From assembly GCA_021821305.1 (NCBI GenBank), contig JAKACP010000001.1, positions 641,526 through 705,525 on the forward strand: 64,000 nt of DNA, given 5' to 3'. A program made the position numbers and the translations under genes. The notes under the pieces are model-generated. The model was not told the DNA's origin and did no database searches. It saw only the letters and a program-made list of their open reading frames with translations. Positions 57,463 to 64,000 of the stretch are shown piece after piece. Position 1 is the first letter of the stretch. The number at the start of each line of letters is the position of its first letter. This DNA comes from a bacterium. GTDB taxonomy: Bacteria > Patescibacteriota > Minisyncoccia > Moranbacterales > UBA1568.

Positions 57463-58350
57463 CTACGATCGTGCGAGTGATTGCAGATAGATTCCGAGCT
57501 TGTGCTTCATCTCCGGGTGCCTCAGTCCGTAGTGTATCGTCGCGCGGAGGAACCCGAACTTGTCCCCGGTGTCGAGCCATTCGCCTTCGAGCATGCGCCC
57601 GTACATCGGCAGCCCCTTTCCGAGCATGATCTCGAACGCATCCGCGAGACGGATCTCGCCGGATTTCCCCGACTCCATCCCGGCGAGCGTCTCGAGCACG
57701 TCGCGCGTGATGATATATTTTCCGACCGCGACGGCCCGGCTCGGCGCGTCTTCCGGTTTCGGTTTCTCGACCATATGGTCCACCTTCCAATCCCGATCGC
57801 CTTTCCGCTCGCCGCCGATCACGCCGAACTTGGAGACATCCTCGAGAGGCACTTCCGAGAGCCCGATGATCGGCGCCTGGTATTCCTCGTAGGCCTCGAT
57901 GAGCTGGCGCGCCGCGGGCACCTCGCTGTCGTAGAGGCAGTCGCCGAACATGACGAGCACCGACTCGTCATCGTCCACGAGATGCGCCGCCTGGAGCAGA
58001 GCGTGTCCGTCGCCGAGCGGCACCGGCTGACGCACGTAGGAGAACTTGGCGAGACTCGAGATGTTCTTCACCACTTCCAGGAGCTCATGCTTGTTCTTCT
58101 CGACGAGCGTCGTCTCGAGCTCGTAGGACACGTCGAAGTGATCCTCGATCGCCCGCTTGCCCCGTCCCGTCACGAAGATGATCTCCTCGATGCCGGAGGC
58201 GACCGCCTCCTCGACGAGGTACTGCACGACCGGCTTGTCCACGACCGGGAGCATTTCCTTGGGCTGTGCCTTGGTCGCCGGGAGGAACCGTGTCCCGAAA
58301 CCCGCTACCGGAAAAATCGCCTTCTTCACCTTCCGTCCCGTATAGTCCAT
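57463..58350 (-). CDS. galU: UTP--glucose-1-phosphate uridylyltransferase
   Basis: KKAIFPVAGFGTRFLPATKAQPKEMLPVVDKP; VEKP motif. Confidence 0.9.
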   Translation of the reverse strand: MDYTGRKVKKAIFPVAGFGTRFLPATKAQPKEMLPVVDKPVVQYLVEEAVASGIEEIIFVTGRGKRAIEDHFDVSYELETTLVEKNKHELLEVVKNISSLAKFSYVRQPVPLGDGHALLQAAHLVDDDESVLVMFGDCLYDSEVPAARQLIEAYEEYQAPIIGLSEVPLEDVSKFGVIGGERKGDRDWKVDHMVEKPKPEDAPSRAVAVGKYIITRDVLETLAGMESGKSGEIRLADAFEIMLGKGLPMYGRMLEGEWLDTGDKFGFLRATIHYGLRHPEMKHKLGIYLQSLARS

Positions 58351-58412
58351 ATGGTTCCGTTTTCAATGATTCGTATGGCGCCATTCTAACAGGAAAACTC
58401 CCCCCAAGACAG

Positions 58413-58446
58413 TTGACGTAATCAATTAATAATGATATAATATAAT
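58413..58446 (+). promoter_or_regulatory. perfect consensus sigma70 promoter TTGACG-17-TATAAT on the plus strand, pointing antisense into rfbA
   Basis: ttgacg at 58413-58418, 17-nt spacer, tataat at 58436-58441, and a second overlapping tataat at 58441-58446. Confidence 0.4.
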
Positions 58447-58460
58447 TTGTATACGACGCA

Positions 58461-58494
58461 GAAAAACCGCCACGAGGGCGGTTTTCGTTTTTCG
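58461..58494. terminator. bidirectional Rho-independent terminator (end of the rfbC-B-D-A operon)
   Basis: aaaaa-ccgccacgagggcgg-ttttcgttttt: GC stem with A-run and T-run flanks. Confidence 0.6.
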
Positions 58495-58503
58495 AAGGCG
58501 CAC

Positions 58504-59298
58504 TTACTTCCGAAGCGAGACGAGCCGCTTGAACTCAGCGTTGAAATCGGCGAGCGCCTCGTTGATCCGCGGGTCGAAGCGGCTCCGGAAATCGTGCTCC
58601 CGCACATATGCGCTCGCCGCAAAAAGCGATTCGTGCGTGCCGGTATCGAAATAGGCGCCTTCGATCACCCGCACGTCGAGCATCCCGCGTTTCAGATAAT
58701 ACTGATGTATGTCGGTGATCTCGAGTTCGCCGCGCTCCGACAGCTCAAGCCCCTTCGCGACCTCGACGACACTCGACTCGAATATGTAGACACCGGGAAT
58801 GGCGAACATGCTCTTCGGCGAGCTCGGCTTTTCCTCGATCGAGATCGCTTTCCCGTCCGCATCGAACTCCACCACCCCGAACCGTTCCGGATCCGGGACT
58901 TCCTTGGCGAAGATTCGGCCGCCTTTTTCGAAGCTCCGGATCGCCTCGGTGAAATCATCCTCGAAGATGTTGTCCCCGAGTACGAGCGTCGTCGCTTCCC
59001 CATCGATGAAATCCTCCGCCAGGATGAACGCTTCCGCGAGACCGCGAGGCGACTTCTGCACGATGAACGAGAGGTTGATGCCGAACTTCCGGAACATCGA
59101 TCCGAGCAGATTCAAGAAATGCCCCGAATGATCCGGCGCGACGATGATGAGGATATCCGTGATCCCTGCCTGGATGAGCGTGTTGAGCGGATAGAAGATC
59201 ATCGGTCGGTCATACACCGGCAGGAGCTGCTTCGACGTGACGGCTGTCAGCGGCAGGAGCCGCGTGCCGGTCCCGCCGGCGAGAATGATGCCTTTCAT
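58504..59298 (-). CDS. rfbA: glucose-1-phosphate thymidylyltransferase
   Basis: MKGIILAGGTGTRLLPLTAVTSKQLLPVYDRPMIFYPL. Confidence 0.85.
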   Translation of the reverse strand: MKGIILAGGTGTRLLPLTAVTSKQLLPVYDRPMIFYPLNTLIQAGITDILIIVAPDHSGHFLNLLGSMFRKFGINLSFIVQKSPRGLAEAFILAEDFIDGEATTLVLGDNIFEDDFTEAIRSFEKGGRIFAKEVPDPERFGVVEFDADGKAISIEEKPSSPKSMFAIPGVYIFESSVVEVAKGLELSERGELEITDIHQYYLKRGMLDVRVIEGAYFDTGTHESLFAASAYVREHDFRSRFDPRINEALADFNAEFKRLVSLRK

Positions 59299-59316
59299 AG
59301 GAAAACGATTTATGAG

Positions 59317-60264
59317 TTATCGCGCCTCGTTCGCGTGACCGGATCCGAGGAATTCCTCGAGCGCCTCGGTGTACGGGCGGAGCGGCAGGAATCTGGTGTT
59401 GAGGAGTGCCGAGCACTTCGGACGTCTGGCCGGTCGCGGGAACGTATCGGCTGCGACCGGCTTCACGGTCACATCCATGCCAGCCACCTTGAAAAGCTCC
59501 TGCGCAGCCTCGTACCAGGTCGCCGCGCCTTCGTTGACGATGTGATAGATACCGGAGGGCGAGCCGCTCTGCTCGAGCACTTTGCTCGCGAGCGCGAGGT
59601 CCGGCGCGTAGGTGAAACAACTTTTCTCGTCATCGACGACCGTCACCTCTTTCTTATCCTGAGCGACCTCGAGCATCTTCTCAAAGAAACTCTTCTTTCC
59701 GATCGCCGATGCCGCCGGCTTGCCGAAGAGCTTCGAGAGGCGGATGAGATAGAATGTCCCTCCGACGGACTGCACGGCTCTTTCCCCTCGCAGCTTGCTC
59801 TCGCCATAGCGCGAGATGGGATTAGGGACCGATGTCTCATCATACCCGGGAGAGGACGATCCGGCGCCGCAACATCCTCCGCCGCAACATCCTGTCTTCA
59901 CCTTGTTTTCTTCCAGATCCCCGTCGAACACGTAGTCCGTCGAGTAGTGGATGAGGGCCGCGTCCATATCCTTCGCGAGACGCGCCAGGAACCCGGGTAC
60001 CTCGGCGTTGAGAAGCACCGCCTTGCGGTATTCGTCCTCGTCCTCCTCGCACTGATCGACGGCGTTGTACGCCACGGCGTTTACGATGAGCGCAGGCGCG
60101 AATCCGCGGATCTTCCGCTCGGCGGCGGCGAAGTCCGTGACGTCGATATCCTCATAGTCCCACGCCGCGACCTCGTAGCCCTCGTCCTCGCGATACGTAC
60201 GCGCGAGCTCCTGCCCGAGCATCCCCTTGGCCCCGAGGATCAGGACCTTTCTCTTACTTTCCAT
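59317..60264 (-). CDS. rfbD: dTDP-4-dehydrorhamnose reductase with a Cys/Gly-rich insertion
   Basis: [15 protein letters not shown] Rossmann; YSTDYVFDG; YGESKLRGE (YxxxK). Insertion [15 protein letters not shown]. Start assigned to the ATG at 60264; the ATG at 60276 and the GTG at 60285 are also possible. Confidence 0.8.
   Translation of the reverse strand: MESKRKVLILGAKGMLGQELARTYREDEGYEVAAWDYEDIDVTDFAAAERKIRGFAPALIVNAVAYNAVDQCEEDEDEYRKAVLLNAEVPGFLARLAKDMDAALIHYSTDYVFDGDLEENKVKTGCCGGGCCGAGSSSPGYDETSVPNPISRYGESKLRGERAVQSVGGTFYLIRLSKLFGKPAASAIGKKSFFEKMLEVAQDKKEVTVVDDEKSCFTYAPDLALASKVLEQSGSPSGIYHIVNEGAATWYEAAQELFKVAGMDVTVKPVAADTFPRPARRPKCSALLNTRFLPLRPYTEALEEFLGSGHANEAR
59865..59894 (-). repeat. 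perfect-but-one 15-bp tandem duplication inside rfbD, encoding GCCGG-GCCGA
   Basis: Plus strand: cgccgcaacatcctc | cgccgcaacatcctg. Confidence 0.8.
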
Positions 60265-61258
60265 ATTGCCGTTCATAATAGTCACGATACTCGCCGGATT
60301 TCACGCGCTTCCACCAGTCCTCGTTGTCCCGGTACCACGCCACGGTCTTTCGCAACCCTTCCTCGAGATCGACCGACGGCTCCCAGCCGAGTTCGTTTCT
60401 TATCTTCGAGAAATCGATGGCGTAGCGTCGGTCATGGCCGGGGCGGTCCTTCACGTATTCGATGCGGTCCTCGCCCTCGCCGAGGATCTCGAGCAGTTTC
60501 TTCACGATCCAGATATTCGGACGCTCCCCGTTGCCGCCGATGCAGTAGGTCTCGCCGATCGTCCCGCGCTCGAGGATGTCCGCGATCGCGCGGCAGTGAT
60601 CCTCGACATGAAGCCAGTCGCGGACCTGCAGTCCGTCGCCGTACACGGGCACCGTGCCTCCTTCGAGGAGGTTCGTGATCGCGAGCGGGATCAGTTTTTC
60701 CGGAAAGTGGTACGGCCCGTAATTGTTCGAGCAGTTCGAGATGGTCACGGGCAGTCCGTAGGTCTCATGATAGGCCCGGACGAGATGGTCCGACGATGCC
60801 TTGGAGGCGCTGTACGGGCTCCGCGGATCGTAGGGGGTATGTTCGTCGAACGGCGCGTCGCCCTGTCCGAGCGAACCGAAGACCTCGTCGGTCGAGACAT
60901 GGTGGAACCGCTTGAGGCCGTTCTTGCGGGCCGCTTCGAGGAGCACATAGGTGCCGATGACGTTCGTCCGGATGAACGCCTCGGGATCGAGGATGGAGCG
61001 GTCCACGTGCGACTCCGCCGCGAAGTGGATCACCGCGTCCGCCTCGGCGACGAGCGGGTCCACTGTGCCGGCATCCGTGATGTCGCCTTTCACGAACCGG
61101 TATCGGCCGTCCCCTTCCCAGCGTTTCACGTTCTCGAGATTCCCCGCGTACGTGAGAAGATCGAGGTTGACGACCTCGTGCTCCGGATATTTCAGCAAGA
61201 TATGATGAATAAAATTGGAGCCTATAAAACCAGCTCCTCCGGTTACAAGTATTTTCAT
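60254..61258 (-). CDS. rfbB: dTDP-glucose 4,6-dehydratase
   Basis: [19 protein letters not shown]; [15 protein letters not shown] (YxxxK). Confidence 0.9.
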   Translation of the reverse strand: MKILVTGGAGFIGSNFIHHILLKYPEHEVVNLDLLTYAGNLENVKRWEGDGRYRFVKGDITDAGTVDPLVAEADAVIHFAAESHVDRSILDPEAFIRTNVIGTYVLLEAARKNGLKRFHHVSTDEVFGSLGQGDAPFDEHTPYDPRSPYSASKASSDHLVRAYHETYGLPVTISNCSNNYGPYHFPEKLIPLAITNLLEGGTVPVYGDGLQVRDWLHVEDHCRAIADILERGTIGETYCIGGNGERPNIWIVKKLLEILGEGEDRIEYVKDRPGHDRRYAIDFSKIRNELGWEPSVDLEEGLRKTVAWYRDNEDWWKRVKSGEYRDYYERQYGK

Positions 61259-61323
61259 AGGCTTATTTTTTTCTTAATTCGATCCGACCCGCCGGTGACG
61301 AGCAGTTTCATAGTGTCTGATGT

Positions 61324-61872
61324 TTAAAAACGGAATACGGACCCGACCGCCGCGAGAAGCGGCTGTGCCTTGTCCTTTTCGGAGACGATATACGTCCCTT
61401 TCGGCCACGCGATCCCGATCGCCGGATCGTCATACCGGACGCCGCCGTCATGGTCCGGCGCATAGACGTTCGTGCACTTGTACTGGAACATGGTGTCGTC
61501 CTCGAGCGCGAGGAACCCGTGCGCGAACCCGGCCGGGATCCAGAACTGCCGGTGGTTCTCCGCCGACAGCTCCACCGATACGTATTTCCCGAACGAAGAC
61601 GACCCTCCCCGGAGATCGACCGCGACATCGAATACGCGTCCGCGGAGGACCTGCACGAGCTTGCCCTGCGCATAGGGCGGCGATTGGAAGTGGAGCCCGC
61701 GCAAGACGCCCTTCTTCGAGACCGAGAGATTGTCCTGCACGAACGCGGCCGGGATCCCCGCTTCCTCATACCGCTTCGCGTTGTAGGTCTCTATGAAAAA
61801 CCCGCGCTCATCCGAGAATGTTTTCGGTTCGATGATGAGTAGTCCCTCGATGTCCGTCCTGATGATGTCCAT
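61324..61872 (-). CDS. rfbC: dTDP-4-dehydrorhamnose 3,5-epimerase
   Basis: ERGFFIETY...LRGLHFQ...QGKLVQVLRGRVFDVAVDLR cupin motifs. Confidence 0.9.
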   Translation of the reverse strand: MDIIRTDIEGLLIIEPKTFSDERGFFIETYNAKRYEEAGIPAAFVQDNLSVSKKGVLRGLHFQSPPYAQGKLVQVLRGRVFDVAVDLRGGSSSFGKYVSVELSAENHRQFWIPAGFAHGFLALEDDTMFQYKCTNVYAPDHDGGVRYDDPAIGIAWPKGTYIVSEKDKAQPLLAAVGSVFRF

Positions 61873-61894
61873 AGCGATCGATATGATCCGTTGA

Positions 61895-63136
61895 TTATGC
61901 GATCGGGAATTCCCGACACGACGCCTTCACCTCCCGCTTCGCCCGCGCCGCGACCGACGTATCCCCTCCGGAACGCAGTACCTCGTCGATCCATCCCGCG
62001 ATGCGTCGCATTTCCGGTGCCCGCATCCCGCGCGTCGTCGCGGCCGGGACACCGAGACGGATACCCGACGGATCCGACGGCCCCCTCGGATCGTCCGGGA
62101 CGACGTTCTTGTTCACCGAGATGCCGATCCCGTCGAGCAGATCCTGCGCCGTGCGGCCGGATATGCCGTACGAGGCGACGGTATCGATGAGGAGCATGTG
62201 GTTGTCCGTCCCGCCGAAGACGGGCACGACCCCGCGTGCGCGGAACTCCTTCTCGAGCGCCTTCGCGTTCGAGAGGATCCGCTTCGCGTATGTCCGGAAT
62301 CCCGGTGTCGCGGCTTCGCCGAAGGCGACCGCTTTGGCCGCGATCGTATGCATATGCGGCCCACCCTGGGTTCCCGGAAACACCGCCTTGTCTATCCGAT
62401 CGGCGAACGCCTCCGTGGAAAGGATGAGCCCTCCGCGGGGTCCGCGGAGCGTCTTGTGCGTCGTCGCCGTCACGATATCGAAAAAAGGCACGGGTGACAG
62501 AAGTGCACGCCCGGCGACGAGTCCCGCGATATGAGCCATGTCCATCATCGGCACCGCGCCTGCCTTCCTCGCGATCGCGGCGAACCGTTCATAGTCGATG
62601 GTCCGCGTGTAGGAAGAGAATCCGGCGAGCATGAGTTTCGGCTTCTCCTTGTTCGCGAGCCGTTCGAGTTTCGCGTAATCGATACTTCCGTCCGCCTCCG
62701 TCTTGTAATGCGCGAAACGATAGATCTTCGCGGGAAGCGTCACCGAGGCGCCGTGCGTGAGATGCCCGCCGTGGGAGAGATCCATCCCGAGCACGGTATC
62801 GCCGGGATTCAGCACGGCCATGTACGCGGCGAGATTCGCCGCGGCGCCCGAGTGCGGCTGGACGTTGGCGTGCTCCGCCCCGAAGAGCGCCTTCGCGCGG
62901 TCGATCGCGAGGCTCTCGATCGCATCCGTCCACTCCTGTCCCCCGTAGTACCGCTTGCCCGGATACCCTTCCGCATACTTGTTCGAGAGCACGGACCCGA
63001 GCGCCTCGAAAACCGCTTGGGATACGTAGTTCTCCGAAGCGATCATCTCGAGACCGTCTTGTTGCCGTTTCGCTTCGCCGCGCAGGATGCGGGCGACGTC
63101 CGGGTCGGTTTTCCTGAGAGGGTTCATATATGCCAT
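61895..63136 (-). CDS. glyA: serine hydroxymethyltransferase
   Basis: IASENYVSQAVFEALGSVLSNKYAEGYPGKRYYGG, SHGGHLTHG, TTHKTLRGPRGG (PLP lysine). ATG at 63136. Confidence 0.9.
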   Translation of the reverse strand: MAYMNPLRKTDPDVARILRGEAKRQQDGLEMIASENYVSQAVFEALGSVLSNKYAEGYPGKRYYGGQEWTDAIESLAIDRAKALFGAEHANVQPHSGAAANLAAYMAVLNPGDTVLGMDLSHGGHLTHGASVTLPAKIYRFAHYKTEADGSIDYAKLERLANKEKPKLMLAGFSSYTRTIDYERFAAIARKAGAVPMMDMAHIAGLVAGRALLSPVPFFDIVTATTHKTLRGPRGGLILSTEAFADRIDKAVFPGTQGGPHMHTIAAKAVAFGEAATPGFRTYAKRILSNAKALEKEFRARGVVPVFGGTDNHMLLIDTVASYGISGRTAQDLLDGIGISVNKNVVPDDPRGPSDPSGIRLGVPAATTRGMRAPEMRRIAGWIDEVLRSGGDTSVAARAKREVKASCREFPIA

Positions 63137-63214
63137 TTTCCCCTGAATCATACCTTCTGTCAAAACGAAAGCCGCCCTGACGGGAGTCGGGGCGGCCGTA
63201 TGGTACACGTATGA

Positions 63215-63607
63215 TCAGATCCGGATGTCGTTCATCACGTCATCGAGGGTCTTCTTCGGTTCCTCCGCTCGGGGAGCCGGTTCCGCGGGTGCCATCGGTT
63301 CGGACGTCTGCGGGGCCTCCGTCGGCTGCGCCTCGCGCCGCTCGCCGCGGGTCGATCCTTCCGGTTCGTTGATCTTGAGGTTCACGCGGGCATTGTTCTT
63401 GGCACCGATCACGCGCAGGAGCGTGCGGAGCGCCTTGGCGGTCATTCCTTCGCGTCCGATCACCATGCCCATATCTTCCTGATGCACGTCGAGGGTGATG
63501 AGCACGCCCATCTCGTCTATCTTCCGTTCCACCTTGACCGATTCCGGATGATCGACGAGCGCCTTCACCACGTATTCGATGAACTCTTGATCCCTGTTTT
63601 CTGACAT
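63215..63607 (-). CDS. khpA: KH-domain RNA-binding protein KhpA (YlqC/UPF0109-like) with Pro/Ala/Glu-rich tail
   Basis: FIEYVVKALVDHPESVKVE...DMGMVIGREGMTAKALRTLLRVIGA KH fold with GxxG. Confidence 0.7.
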   Translation of the reverse strand: MSENRDQEFIEYVVKALVDHPESVKVERKIDEMGVLITLDVHQEDMGMVIGREGMTAKALRTLLRVIGAKNNARVNLKINEPEGSTRGERREAQPTEAPQTSEPMAPAEPAPRAEEPKKTLDDVMNDIRI

Positions 63608-63686
63608 ACGGTTGGTACTGATTAACCGAATTATCCTGAATAAGCTCAGGCGCCTTCATTGTATGAAGAAGTCTCCTGACTGTCAA

Positions 63687-64000
63687 TCACGCCCGCGCCG
63701 CCTCCCGGACCGATTTCGCGAAGAAATACCCGATGGCGAGTATCGTGACCGAAGGCGCCAGGAAGACCGGGACATGGGCTCCGAACCCTTCCGCGATCAT
63801 GATCGTCCCGAGGGCGAGTATCGAGTACATCGCCCCGTTCTTGAGGAACTTGTACCGCTTCACCCGCTCGATGTTGGCGATCGTCAGTTGCCGCACCATG
63901 ATCGCGCCGAAGCCGTTTCCGATGAGGATGAGCGGGACGGAAAAGGTGAACGCGAACGCCCCGAGGACGCCGTCTATGGAGAACGACAGGTCGATGACCT
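63687..64000 (-). CDS. integral membrane protein, C-terminal part (TerC/DUF475-like?); 5' end outside window
   Basis: Frame continues to the window edge: ...DLSFSIDGVLGAFAFTFSVPLILIGNGFGAIMVRQLTIANIERVKRYKFLKNGAMYSILALGTIMI. Confidence 0.35.
   Translation of the reverse strand, partial: VIDLSFSIDGVLGAFAFTFSVPLILIGNGFGAIMVRQLTIANIERVKRYKFLKNGAMYSILALGTIMIAEGFGAHVPVFLAPSVTILAIGYFFAKSVREAARA

Overview
GC-rich, gene-dense bacterial chromosomal segment, roughly 85-90% coding and mostly on the minus strand, with short AT-rich intergenic spacers. Gene content points to a small reduced genome, possibly Patescibacteria-like; that placement is inference only. The window holds mainly housekeeping genes. 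In order: C-terminal end of gltX; an M23 peptidase; gnd and pgl; a three-domain LamG surface protein; a small accessory islet (MITE-like element, orphan 0.8-kb noncoding gap, GGDEF cyclase divergent from a Cas4-like PD-(D/E)XK Fe-S nuclease, small ORF, C39-like peptidase) abutting tRNA-Gln(CTG); a PadR regulator; a flavoprotein; a P-type ATPase with a DUF167 gene; DedA; an NhaP antiporter; rpsP-rplJ-rplL; rpmF-nusB-rnc-(sORF)-short SMC; a DEDDh exonuclease; rnhB; dnaE; miaA; gatB; dut; a P-loop kinase; secE-nusG-rplK-(acidic ORF)-rplA; rnhA; recJ; an atypical response regulator; dnaJ; mltG; pcm; yjbQ; trxA; surface proteins; lepA; and a rhamnose-type cell-wall polysaccharide locus (murJ, a DUF4012-like protein, GT4, galU, rfbA/D/B/C), followed by glyA and khpA. 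I found no CRISPR array, integrase, transposase or reverse transcriptase. The most unusual material is non-genic or sub-genic: a 183-bp MITE-like element with perfect 19-bp terminal inverted repeats and a TTA target duplication; a family of related AT-rich palindromes scattered through intergenic DNA and even inside miaA; a hinge-less short SMC; an acidic ORF wedged between rplK and rplA; in-frame tandem repeats in miaA and rfbD; and several perfect-consensus promoters in odd places. Start codons were re-derived by hand. Several ORF-track starts are TTG/GTG read-throughs and were moved to downstream ATGs.
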